DNA of 62,429 nt. Source: Promethearchaeota archaeon (lineage in GTDB: Archaea > Asgardarchaeota > Lokiarchaeia > Sigyniarchaeales > SOKP01). The translations under genes were made by a program, and so were the position numbers. Below, piece after piece: positions 49,983 through 59,924 of the stretch; position 1 is the stretch's first letter; each line of letters opens with the position of its first letter. The notes under the pieces are model-generated. The model did not search any database. It saw only the letters and a list, made by a program, of their open reading frames with translations, and was not told where the DNA came from. The stretch covers positions 1 to 62,429 of the forward strand of contig JAGXNO010000020.1 in assembly GCA_019894975.1 (NCBI GenBank), given 5' to 3'.

Positions 49983-50489
49983 ATGAATGATAAATCAGTT
50001 TTAAAGTGGAATGATCTCGTATCTCCTACCATGACCCCGGAGGAATACTTAAAAGAATATGGAGATAAAATAGAGTCTAACTACAAAACCTATGAACCTA
50101 ATGAAGATGTAATAAAAAAAATTAAAGAAATTTTGAAGAATAAAAATGAAAAATTAAAGATTGTGTCTTTAGGGGCTGATTGGTGCCCAGATTGTAACAG
50201 GAATGTACCAAGAATGATAAAAATAATAGAGTTCATGGAATCCAACGATGTAGATTTGAAAATACTCTATGGGATCATGGTAGATGCATTACACAAGAAA
50301 AACGAAGCTATATGGCATAAAAAACGTTCACCACCTGAAGCTATTGACCCTAAATTTAATTTAAAGAAGATTCCCACATTTTACTTCTTCAAAGCTGATG
50401 ATGAGCTTATCGGTACTATCGTAGAGAATCCAAAATGGGAATCTACTCTTGAGGAAGATCTCCTTGAAATCTTAAAAAATAAACTATAA
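49983..50489 (+). CDS. Thioredoxin-family protein
   Basis: WCPDC active site, cis-Pro loop IPTF. Confidence 0.88.
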   Translation: MNDKSVLKWNDLVSPTMTPEEYLKEYGDKIESNYKTYEPNEDVIKKIKEILKNKNEKLKIVSLGADWCPDCNRNVPRMIKIIEFMESNDVDLKILYGIMVDALHKKNEAIWHKKRSPPEAIDPKFNLKKIPTFYFFKADDELIGTIVENPKWESTLEEDLLEILKNKL

Positions 50490-50632
50490 TGACGTTCTGA
50501 GAAAAACTTCCAAATTATCTTTTTTTAAATCAATAATTAAGATTTTAAAATATCCAATTTTATATTAGTTCTAATAACTATCTCTTCATTTTTAGAGATT
50601 ACTAAATATACTACTAAATCTCGAGGTAAAAC

Positions 50633-51373
50633 ATGGGAGTAAAAACTGCTCTGTACGGTTTTAAGAGTTTAATGTATCGAAGTGGTTGGCTTTACAATGC
50701 TGTAACAAGGAGACTTTATGATCAAGATAGAAAGTTCTTAACTATTGCAAAACTTATTGGTAATGGACCACAGAAAGTTTTGGACCTTCCGTGTGGCACT
50801 GGTTATCTAATGCGCTTTTTACATCCCTTGATCGAATATGAAGGAGTTGATCTAAATCAACGATTTCTAAAACGTATTAGAAAAAAAGAATTAAAAAAAA
50901 GGAATATAAAACTTGAAAAAATTAGCCTGATACAGAAAGACATTTTTGATTTCCAAGACTATAACGGAGAGAAATTAGACGTCATAGTAATATCTGATAT
51001 TTTACATCATATTTATCCAAAACATAAAGATTTGATAAATATCGCGAAAAATTACACTCAAAAAATAATTATTTGTGAACCCTTTGCTGTAAAACCAAAG
51101 GATATCAATCCACGAGATAAATTATTCAAAGTAATTGTATTTTTTGGTAAATTTTTGCCAATCTCGCTCCATAGAATCATTGATTTTCTTTTTCTAGATA
51201 ATGATGGAATTAATCCCTACCATAAAAGAAGCAAATGGTGTTTTGATTTCAAGGGTATTCAAGAACTTTACAATGCTATGGGTTTTAATCAAGGTTATCG
51301 TTTATTAGACGAATACATTGGTATTTGGGAATCAACAAGTCCACCTTTTGACCAAAAATCTACAAACAATTAA
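50633..51373 (+). CDS. Class I SAM-dependent methyltransferase
   Basis: VLDLPCGTG, GVDLN, DILHH. Confidence 0.85.
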   Translation: MGVKTALYGFKSLMYRSGWLYNAVTRRLYDQDRKFLTIAKLIGNGPQKVLDLPCGTGYLMRFLHPLIEYEGVDLNQRFLKRIRKKELKKRNIKLEKISLIQKDIFDFQDYNGEKLDVIVISDILHHIYPKHKDLINIAKNYTQKIIICEPFAVKPKDINPRDKLFKVIVFFGKFLPISLHRIIDFLFLDNDGINPYHKRSKWCFDFKGIQELYNAMGFNQGYRLLDEYIGIWESTSPPFDQKSTNN

Positions 51374-51417
51374 TATAAAAACCTTGAATTAATTTATATT
51401 ATTATTATTAGAAGTTT

Positions 51418-52089
51418 TTGAGGGATCTTTTGAAATTAACTCTAAGTTTATGGGACATAGCAGGTCAAGAACGGTTTGAGTTCTTTAAGACTGATTTTTT
51501 CAGAGGAGTCGCTGCCGTTGGTTTAGTTTTCGATTTGTCCCGACCTGATACTTTTGATTCAATCAATGAATATTTTGATGATATACGTGATCGTTCTGGA
51601 AATATTCCAATTATTTTAGTAGGAAATAAAAGTGATCTAATAAAAGATATTGGTGAAACCATTCCTCGGGAAAAAATAATACAAATGATAAATCAATACA
51701 ATCTTTTTGAATATATTGAAACATCAGTATTAGAAAACAATAACGTTGAGAACTTGTTTTATCGTTTATCGCTAACGGCATTATTAGACCTCAAACCACG
51801 TTTAGGAGAAATCATTGATTCTGATCACTTTCGGTTTAAAATTTTACTTGTAGGTGCGGCGGCTGTAGGAAAATCCTCTTTAATTGATTTTTTTATTAAA
51901 AAAGAATTTAAGGAATCATATAAATTAACAGTAGGATTAGATTTTTTAGTTACCGATCTTGAAATAAGAGATGAGGATGTCCCTAAAGAAGTACTTGGTC
52001 TAATTAAAGATTCCGTGAGATTTTATAAGAAGAATATTAAAAAAATCCGTAAATTGGAAGATCAGATTCCAGAAATGAATAAATCCTGA
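51418..52089 (+). CDS. Circularly permuted Rab-like small GTPase (G3-G4-G5-G1-G2)
   Basis: WDIAGQERF (aa 12-20), GNKSD (69-73), ETSV (101-104), GAAAVGKS (146-153), YKLTVGLDF (168-176). Confidence 0.88.
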   Translation: MRDLLKLTLSLWDIAGQERFEFFKTDFFRGVAAVGLVFDLSRPDTFDSINEYFDDIRDRSGNIPIILVGNKSDLIKDIGETIPREKIIQMINQYNLFEYIETSVLENNNVENLFYRLSLTALLDLKPRLGEIIDSDHFRFKILLVGAAAVGKSSLIDFFIKKEFKESYKLTVGLDFLVTDLEIRDEDVPKEVLGLIKDSVRFYKKNIKKIRKLEDQIPEMNKS

Positions 52090-52254
52090 AAACTAGAAGG
52101 ATAAAAAAATGTATTACCAAGGTTATTCACTTCATTTATAAAAATATTTATAGAGTGAAGTTAATTTTTAGTAATTTAGGTAATTTAAAATTTTAAAGAA
52201 AAAAGAATTAAATTAGGTTATCATTACATAAATTAAAAAAATATGGTGTGAAAT

Positions 52255-52464
52255 ATGAGTCTAGATGATCTCGAAAACGAAGTTGATGACATATTGCAAA
52301 AAATAGAGGAACTTGAAGAAAAATGCGATACACTTGAAATTTGCGAAAAAGATGATGGGTGTGAGAATTGCGAATCATACAAGAAGATAGAAGAACTTTC
52401 AGCTAAAGTCGCAGAAATAGAAGATAAAATTGAGAAATTAATGGAAGAAGAAGAAGAAGATTAG
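52255..52464 (+). CDS. Small acidic coiled-coil protein with four Cys
   Basis: 69 aa; helical hairpin around C-x5-C-x5-C-x2-C; GGTG SD upstream. Confidence 0.7.
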   Translation: MSLDDLENEVDDILQKIEELEEKCDTLEICEKDDGCENCESYKKIEELSAKVAEIEDKIEKLMEEEEED

Positions 52465-52550
52465 GTTAAGTTAAATATAGAAAATTAATGCATCATTTCT
52501 TTTTTTATTTATTACTTTGATTTTATAAAAAAATAGAATATTTATAATTT

Positions 52551-53852
52551 TTATAAAGCCCGAAACATTTTTCGTAAGGATCTGCTCATAATGAGCTGCT
52601 GCACTTGTTTTGTGCCACCTACCACTTCCAATATACGCGATACACCAATGTAATCATACATTAAAGTATTGTCGCATACACCTGCTCCACCCATCAAATT
52701 TGCAGTTTCAAAGCACACTTCCTTTGCTAAAGAAGCACAGTTATATTTGTACTGACTTGCCGAAGATACCATTGATTGCGAGATATGATCTGGTATTTGG
52801 CCTTTGTATTTTTCATTTTTTTCATCATAGATTTCTGCAAACTTTAAGACTCCATGAGTCATTCCAGTTGTTTTAGCCCATAAATCTGCTAATGAAAATC
52901 CGACTCCTTGAAAAAGTAATATCTCCTTTTCAAATTGTCGTCTCATGTTAGCATAAATAACTGCATGAGCTAATGCACCCCAACAAGCACTAATGCACCT
53001 TACTGCGATTGCTATTCTTTCAGGAATTAACCCCTCAAATAGGTGTTCTCTTCCTTTCCCGACACCTCCCAATACATATTCTTTGGGAACTCTTAAATTC
53101 TCAAGATATTCTTTTCCTATAAAAAGTTTGGGTGTCCATGGTATATTAACCCGTTCTATCGTCCATCCTGGCCATGAAGTATTAATTAGGAATTGAGCCA
53201 TGACATTACCATTGCTTTCCTCCGCTGTAGCATAGGAAACCGCCCATTTCGACTTAGGAGCATTTGTATTAAAAATCTTGGTTCCATTAAGAAGAAAAGA
53301 ACCATCTTCCTGCTCTTCACATGTAGTTTGTTGATGTACCGCATCAGAACCTCTTTCTGGTTCTGTAATTAGTAAACATCCTACTTCTTGGCCTGTAACA
53401 AGCTCTTTTAATGCTTCCAACCTTACAGGTACATTCTCATGATGGGCATAGATAGGATTAATACATATAACCGTTGCTCCAGTGCTCATTGCAAATTGAG
53501 GATCGAAGTTATCCAAAGCAAGAATTCGCATAAATTCTATCGCAATTCCATAATCTTCATAATTTAAATCAATGCACTCATACGGTGTTTGACGGGTTAT
53601 ATATCCTTCCTTTCCAAAATCAGGAACCCAGTCATAAATATCTTCATCTGGTCCATGTGTTATTTTGTTCTTAGATTCATAATTTAAACAAAATGTTTGA
53701 GCTTTTTCTAGGAAGTTGAATTGTTGGTCAGATAAAATTACTCTTAGATTATCTTTTACAAAATTATATCTGTTTTCAAGACTTAACTTTTCTAAAATTT
53801 CGTCATTAATAACTTGAGTTTCAAATCGCTTGTTTTCATTCATTTCAATCAA
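52551..53852 (-). CDS. Acyl-CoA dehydrogenase
   Basis: ITEPERGSDA, LNGTKIFNTN, RRQFEKEI..FQGV, LMGGAG, EVVGGT. Confidence 0.92.
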   Translation of the reverse strand: MIEMNENKRFETQVINDEILEKLSLENRYNFVKDNLRVILSDQQFNFLEKAQTFCLNYESKNKITHGPDEDIYDWVPDFGKEGYITRQTPYECIDLNYEDYGIAIEFMRILALDNFDPQFAMSTGATVICINPIYAHHENVPVRLEALKELVTGQEVGCLLITEPERGSDAVHQQTTCEEQEDGSFLLNGTKIFNTNAPKSKWAVSYATAEESNGNVMAQFLINTSWPGWTIERVNIPWTPKLFIGKEYLENLRVPKEYVLGGVGKGREHLFEGLIPERIAIAVRCISACWGALAHAVIYANMRRQFEKEILLFQGVGFSLADLWAKTTGMTHGVLKFAEIYDEKNEKYKGQIPDHISQSMVSSASQYKYNCASLAKEVCFETANLMGGAGVCDNTLMYDYIGVSRILEVVGGTKQVQQLIMSRSLRKMFRAL

Positions 53853-53900
53853 TTTTTCAGATTTTTAAATTTTTATATTTCAATTAAAAATTACTTATTT

Positions 53901-56141
53901 TTATTGTGGAATTAATTTAAAAGTACCTTCTAAATTCTCTGAGATTGCTTTCCTTGTAAATAATAGAGGAATATATTTTCCTTTTACCCATAATTTCATT
54001 AAATCATTATAATGCTTATGGAAAGGCAATCCTGCTTGACCTCCAGGGATAACTCCTATAGATTTATCCCAATCAGATAAATCGTGGATTTGACGATATG
54101 AAGGGCCTACAATCACTTTGTATTCATCAGTTGGATCGTAACTCCCATTCCATAAAGTATTCCCATCTCCACCTATTTTAAATGGACCGATATTTAACAT
54201 TTTAGCTTCCTCATTAACCTGAGAAAAAGGATGAGTCAGAACCACTTTATGTATATCTCCCCATTTCCATTTAGTAAAATCTGAAGAAAACTTTTCAGTT
54301 AAGAATTTTATTGTATTTTCGAAAGCCCTAAATAGAGTATCCTCTAGTTCATCTTTTTCTTCAAATAGTTTAAAAAGCCTTTCAATTTCGAATGGATTAG
54401 ATGTTAAATAAACTTCGAAAAGTTCTATACCAATTAAAGGAATTAAAATAGCTCTAAGGATTTCCTGATACCAAATTTTATAAACAATACCAGCTACACT
54501 ATTTTTCGTCAAAAAATAATCCCAATTTTCTAATAATTCAATGATTTCTTTCTGAACCTCTGTGTTAGCTTTAACTTTTACATACTTCAACATCTTCGGT
54601 AATAGTTCTTCTGCTTCCATTGTGAAAAGATCGAGTTGGTAATTTATGAAATCTTGAATTGTAAAAACTTCTTTTGATTGTAGTAGACTTTTAATCCTCA
54701 TTTGACGATAAGGTTTTGCGCGATCTTGAGCTATAAAAACACCATTTGGGGCTTTATCCTCGTTATAGTTAGCGGTGTAAACAAATCCGTGCTCAGGGTT
54801 AAATATCGAGAACATTTTTTCAAAAGGTACTAACCCACTCCAATTAAATTTTTCATCTGTTCCAGGGGTTACGGTTGCCCCATCCCCGTACTTTCGTAAA
54901 GGAAGTTTTCCTCCGTGCTGATGGCCAATATTGCCTTCAATGTCACCATAGATAAAATTCTGGGGTGTGACTGTCATCTTACTTAAAGCCTTGCGGAATT
55001 CACTCCAATTAGAAGCAGAATTTATCGTTCTGAACCCTTCAATCGTGTCATCCAAATTCACATCATAACTAGTCCAGTGTAAAGCGTATTTATCAGGAAG
55101 GCTAATTTTAATGACTTCTCTTTGAAGTTCAATATACTCCATAACCGGTCCAAATTTAGAAATCTTTACTTTAAAATCAATAGGTTGATCGCGATTTTGA
55201 ATAGCAATTGGTTCATCCATAACTTCAAAATCAATCCATTCCCCGTTATATTTGTATTGGTTTTCATTTTCCGGATTTAATTCTAATTTAAACAAATCAA
55301 CATTGTCTGAGGTAACAGTTGTAGCACCCCACGCAATCTTTTCATTATGTCCCAAAACTACGCTAGGTACTCCTGGGAATGATGAGCCAATAGTATTTAA
55401 CTCTGGACAGCTTAAATGCATAAGAATCCATATCGCAGGAAGCATAAGTGGTAAATGAGGATCATTAGCAAATAATACAGCTCCTGATTCTGACTTATTG
55501 GGACTTACTACCCAACCATTACTCCCTTTACCAATATCAACATTTGCTCCAGAATAAAGAGGAATAATCTTATCTGCCATTTCAACTCCTAATTTGGTAA
55601 TCAAATTTTCACGTAATAGTTCTAAAGTATAACTCCAACCTCCTAATCCCCACTCTATATAACTCATAATTTTAAGAGAATCTTCTAAACTCCACTTTTC
55701 AGGTTTAATGTTTAAGACTGCAAATTCAACAGGTAAATTTGTACTAGCTTTTTCAATACCCGCATTTACGCCTGCTACATATGATTTTAAGCTTCTCAGT
55801 GTTTCATTGTTTGGATCTTTTCGCAGGTTTGCTACACACTTTTTTGCGATACGATGCAAGCCTATTATTCTATAATGCTTATCTTGATCAACCATCGCAG
55901 CTCCAATAATTTCTGACAATGTTCCTGAAGTAAATCTTCTAAACGTTTCTAATTGCCACAATCTATGGCTCGCATGGATATATCCTTGAGTAAAATATGC
56001 ATCTTCCATAGATCTTGCATAGATATGAGGAACACCCCATTTATCCCATAAAATTTCAACCTCATCTTCAATTCCTTTTATAGTTTCGGTTCCTGATACT
56101 TGAGGAAAAGCATTTTTCGCAATATTAAGTAATTCTTCCAT
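53901..56141 (-). CDS. Penicillin acylase family Ntn hydrolase (peptidase S45)
   Basis: DKWGVPHIYA, RLWQ, G|SNGW autocleavage site, ANDPHL, GPSYR; no signal peptide. Confidence 0.93.
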   Translation of the reverse strand: MEELLNIAKNAFPQVSGTETIKGIEDEVEILWDKWGVPHIYARSMEDAYFTQGYIHASHRLWQLETFRRFTSGTLSEIIGAAMVDQDKHYRIIGLHRIAKKCVANLRKDPNNETLRSLKSYVAGVNAGIEKASTNLPVEFAVLNIKPEKWSLEDSLKIMSYIEWGLGGWSYTLELLRENLITKLGVEMADKIIPLYSGANVDIGKGSNGWVVSPNKSESGAVLFANDPHLPLMLPAIWILMHLSCPELNTIGSSFPGVPSVVLGHNEKIAWGATTVTSDNVDLFKLELNPENENQYKYNGEWIDFEVMDEPIAIQNRDQPIDFKVKISKFGPVMEYIELQREVIKISLPDKYALHWTSYDVNLDDTIEGFRTINSASNWSEFRKALSKMTVTPQNFIYGDIEGNIGHQHGGKLPLRKYGDGATVTPGTDEKFNWSGLVPFEKMFSIFNPEHGFVYTANYNEDKAPNGVFIAQDRAKPYRQMRIKSLLQSKEVFTIQDFINYQLDLFTMEAEELLPKMLKYVKVKANTEVQKEIIELLENWDYFLTKNSVAGIVYKIWYQEILRAILIPLIGIELFEVYLTSNPFEIERLFKLFEEKDELEDTLFRAFENTIKFLTEKFSSDFTKWKWGDIHKVVLTHPFSQVNEEAKMLNIGPFKIGGDGNTLWNGSYDPTDEYKVIVGPSYRQIHDLSDWDKSIGVIPGGQAGLPFHKHYNDLMKLWVKGKYIPLLFTRKAISENLEGTFKLIPQ

Positions 56142-56502
56142 CTTAAATCAATATTTGTAAAAATAATATTAAATTACTTTCTAGAAATATACTATGAATT
56201 AAAAGGAGATTCAAATGAGGATTCTTTTAAAATAAGATTTTTAAGTGTATTTAACATATTAAGTTGAATCTACACAATAAGCGGGAAATTTTTATCTATA
56301 AAGATTTTAGTTATCAATGGTTCAAGAGAAGGGATATCTTTTATTTGAATTTCTTTGTTCAACCGGTAATAATCCCTAAAAGTCTGCCAAGTGTCCTTAT
56401 TCCTCAATAAAATATCTAATGAATTTACTTTCTCTATCTAATAGTTCAAAGTCATTTCATTTTACTGAGTTAAAAAAAAAAAGGGATATAAAAATTTATT
56501 TT

Positions 56503-57786
56503 TTAGAGCATCTTGAACAATCCCCTCAGGGCTAAACTCATAATATATTGTTGTATTTGCCTACTACCTCCAAGAATCTCTTGTATTCTTGAGATGTTTA
56601 GATAATCATGCATCATTGTATTATCACTTAGCCCAGCGCCACCCATTAGATTAGCAGCTTCATAACATACTTCCTTTGAAAGTTTTGTACAATGGTATTT
56701 GAATTGACTAGCTGACGCAACCATAGCTCTGCTAATATTGCCAGGTATTTCTCCACCAAATTTTTCCATCTTTTTATCATATTCTTCACAGAATTTTAAT
56801 ATACCTAGAGTCACGTTGGTAGTTCTAGCCCAAAGATCAGTTAGTAGGAAACCTACCCCTTGGAATTTGAGAATCTCTTGATCAAACTGCTTTCGCATAT
56901 TAGCATAAATAGAAGCATGAGATACAGCACCCCAACATTGGGATATAGCTCCACACGCAATACCAACTCTTTCAAGGACTAAACCTTCGAATAAATGTTC
57001 TCTTCCTTTACCCACTCCACCTAGTACATATTCCTTTGGTACTCTTAAGTTCACAAAATGCTCGTGTCCTAAATATAGTTTAGGTACCCACGGCACATTT
57101 ACTCTCTCACAAACCCAACCATCCCAATTTGTATTAATTAAAAATTGTGCCATAAGATTTCCATTATTTTTTTCAGCAGTGGCATATGCTACAGCCCATT
57201 TAGATTTGGGTGCATTGGTGTTATATACCTTTTCTCCGTTAAGGAGAAAACTTCCATCCGCTTGTTCATCACATAATGTCAATTGATGGACAGCATCTGA
57301 GCCTCTCTCAGGTTCAGTTATACATATGCATCCACAAGCCTCTCCCGTCACTAATTCTTTTAAAGCTTCAAGTCTTGCTGGAATATTTTCATGGTGATCA
57401 ACTATTGGATTTATAGATAAAACTGTAGCACCACTTCCCATCGCGAACTGAGTGTCGAACAGATCGATCGCAAGGTATCTGAGAAAATCAGCCACCGCAC
57501 CATAGTATTCATAATTTACATCAACCATTTCAAAATTATGGGCTCTTGTTATATATCCTTCAGCCCCAAATGCTGGAATCCAATCATATACATCTTCTTC
57601 TGGGCCGTGAGTAATATTATTCTTCTTCTCAAATCTCATGCAAAATTTCTGAACTTTTTTAAAAAAAGAAAACTGTTCTGTTGATAAAATAGCCATTAAA
57701 TTGTTGTTTAAGAAGTTGTATCGATTCTTAAGACTAAGTTTTTCTAATATTTCGTCATTTATAACTTGGTCCATATATTTAGACAT
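56503..57786 (-). CDS. Acyl-CoA dehydrogenase, paralog of 52551..53852
   Basis: ITEPERGSDA, LNGEKVYNTN, RKQFDQEI, EILGGS; collinear and highly similar to 52551..53852. Confidence 0.92.
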   Translation of the reverse strand: MSKYMDQVINDEILEKLSLKNRYNFLNNNLMAILSTEQFSFFKKVQKFCMRFEKKNNITHGPEEDVYDWIPAFGAEGYITRAHNFEMVDVNYEYYGAVADFLRYLAIDLFDTQFAMGSGATVLSINPIVDHHENIPARLEALKELVTGEACGCICITEPERGSDAVHQLTLCDEQADGSFLLNGEKVYNTNAPKSKWAVAYATAEKNNGNLMAQFLINTNWDGWVCERVNVPWVPKLYLGHEHFVNLRVPKEYVLGGVGKGREHLFEGLVLERVGIACGAISQCWGAVSHASIYANMRKQFDQEILKFQGVGFLLTDLWARTTNVTLGILKFCEEYDKKMEKFGGEIPGNISRAMVASASQFKYHCTKLSKEVCYEAANLMGGAGLSDNTMMHDYLNISRIQEILGGSRQIQQYIMSLALRGLFKML

Positions 57787-57960
57787 AATTTAAAACCCTC
57801 CTTAATTAAATTGAGTAATATTAATTTTTATAAACAATAATTTGATTAATGAAATAATCACTTCACTAGTGGAAAAAGTAAAATAACTTTTTAATTTTTG
57901 CAAAAAAATATATGAAATCGTTAATAAATTGAATAAAAAATCCTTTTTGATCCTATTTCT

Positions 57961-58710
57961 TCAACAGATTAACTTCTGTAGTCTATTTGAGAATCGCTTT
58001 GAGATTATGAGTGCTGTTTCGAACGGACAATTTTTCTTAAATAAAATCACAGAGATAAAATTGCTGATTCCATTTAATGATAAAACACCAAATTCCTCTA
58101 AAGATATTAGTTCATTAACTCTATAATTACCAGAAAGAAATCTTCCCTCTAAGAGTCTAATAATTTCTTGAAGTATATCCTGCTCTAAATTGGATACAAT
58201 TACTCTTCCCGTTTGGGTTAACAACGCAGAAGATACGACAAAAGAAGAAAAAGTATGCAGTTCATTAAAAATGTTTAATAAATCGTTCTTAATATCATCC
58301 GAAACTAATTGGTTCCCATTTTCCATTATATCATTGATATTTTTATCGAAATCAAGGAATTTTGAGATTTCACCATTATAATTATCTGTCAATAAGTCAA
58401 GATCAAATTTGTTTAAGAATTGAGTTTTAATTTCTCTTAATTGATTTCTTAGTTCTACCAAATTATCTGTTCTGTCACTAAATAAGGCAAAAAGTAATTC
58501 ATCTTGCTTAATTTTTTCAATTTCAAAAATAAATCGAAAAAGCCCAACCTCGATTTCGGATAATTCTTCAGTTTTCAGAGTTTGTTTTACAAAGGAAAAA
58601 ATAGCACTAAGAAAGCTGCTGGTTAATTTTACATTAAAAACATCTTCATAGGCTTTATAGAAGATTAATTCGCCTGTGTTGCTTTTCATTATGAAGATAT
58701 TCTTGATCAT
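57961..58710 (-). CDS. Longin-like plus roadblock-like two-domain protein (Asgard eukaryotic-signature type)
   Basis: N-half IFIM...G.LIFYK...LTSSFLSAIFSF (longin pattern); C-half VSSALLTQTGRVIVSN (roadblock pattern). Confidence 0.7.
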   Translation of the reverse strand: MIKNIFIMKSNTGELIFYKAYEDVFNVKLTSSFLSAIFSFVKQTLKTEELSEIEVGLFRFIFEIEKIKQDELLFALFSDRTDNLVELRNQLREIKTQFLNKFDLDLLTDNYNGEISKFLDFDKNINDIMENGNQLVSDDIKNDLLNIFNELHTFSSFVVSSALLTQTGRVIVSNLEQDILQEIIRLLEGRFLSGNYRVNELISLEEFGVLSLNGISNFISVILFKKNCPFETALIISKRFSNRLQKLIC

Positions 58711-58868
58711 TTAACTCAATAGATTCAATAATTAATAATTTAAGTACCCTTAATACCTTTGTAATAAAAGTTTAGATATAAAAATCCTCTTATTAATCCG
58801 TTTCTTGAGGTACACGCAACACACATTTGTAAAAAAGTGTAATGAAACTGGTAAAATATATTCAAATA

Positions 58869-59630
58869 CTAAAATCCATCAAATTTAGCCCAGTCATCTT
58901 CTTCTTCATCTTCTGATTCATCATCTGTGTATTCTACCACTTCGTCACTCTTATAACTTTCAGGCGCATCTTCTTCAAAATCTTCAATTCCTTCTTCAAA
59001 AGTAATTGAGGTTTCAATATCTGTAATGATCTCTGCAGAAACCTTTATTTCTTCAGCTCGTTCATCTATGGATTTCTTCTTTTCTACTAATTTCAGATAA
59101 TCTCCATGAATCTTAATTGTGATTGGAGTTTCTTCTTGGAGTAATCTAACAACAACTTCTTCACTGGAACTTGTGTCATGAGGCATCCGCATAACACGTG
59201 CCCTAGATCCTTCAAATACTCCACTTATGATTTCAACTGTATCTCCTTCTTCTAAGTATTCTGTCACGCTTCGTGGTAATAACACATGTTTAAGTTCAGT
59301 TAATTTGATATTCTGCACGATTCTTCCTTTGATATGTGGAATACCTTGAACAGCTATCTGGACGTCACGCTTCTGAGGTGCTTCAAAGAATATGTACCCT
59401 GGTAGTAAAGGAGAAACAAGCATAGCTCTTATGTCCGGAATGACATCTAAGATCTTGAACCGATAAAAGATTTGCTTTAAAATATTACTCTCTTGGTTAA
59501 TAGTCGTTCTGACTGCGAATAATGTAGTTAATTCTTCTTTTTCATCAAATAGTTGCATCAAATAACTTCTATCATCTACTTTGAGATCTTTACTTTCCCC
59601 TTTATTTAGTTCTTCACTTTGGTCTGGCAT
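58869..59630 (-). CDS. spt5: Transcription elongation factor Spt5/NusG family with long acidic extensions
   Basis: NGN domain (FAVRTTINQE, LPGYIFFEA, PHIKG) and KOW (EGDTVEIISGVFEG); acidic C-tail of about 70 aa. Confidence 0.85.
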   Translation of the reverse strand: MPDQSEELNKGESKDLKVDDRSYLMQLFDEKEELTTLFAVRTTINQESNILKQIFYRFKILDVIPDIRAMLVSPLLPGYIFFEAPQKRDVQIAVQGIPHIKGRIVQNIKLTELKHVLLPRSVTEYLEEGDTVEIISGVFEGSRARVMRMPHDTSSSEEVVVRLLQEETPITIKIHGDYLKLVEKKKSIDERAEEIKVSAEIITDIETSITFEEGIEDFEEDAPESYKSDEVVEYTDDESEDEEEDDWAKFDGF

Positions 59631-59924
59631 CTCATTTCACGAATCTCATTTGAATTTAGCTTTTTAATAAATTATAAAGAAAAATAGTACATGCTATTAT
59701 ATGATTACTAAATTATAAAATTTTGCTTTTTAATAAGTGTTCAAATATTAGAGAAGAATCCCCCTAATAGAGGTAAGAATTTTATATATTACTAAGTTTT
59801 TATATGTCGAAATGATATATTATTAATATCCAATATATCAGGAACTTTATTATTACGTTCAAGCCAAGAAATTTCTGCTCTTGTATATCTCCATGAGATC
59901 TCACATTTACTTAATTTATCTTGA

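Noticed and set aside
56270-56437. 55-codon minus-strand open frame between the ACAD and the acylase (IEKVNSLDILLRNKDTWQTFRDYY...)
   Set aside because: It looks protein-like, but has no SD or convincing start at its 5' end and no recognisable family. It may be a remnant, but cannot be supported.
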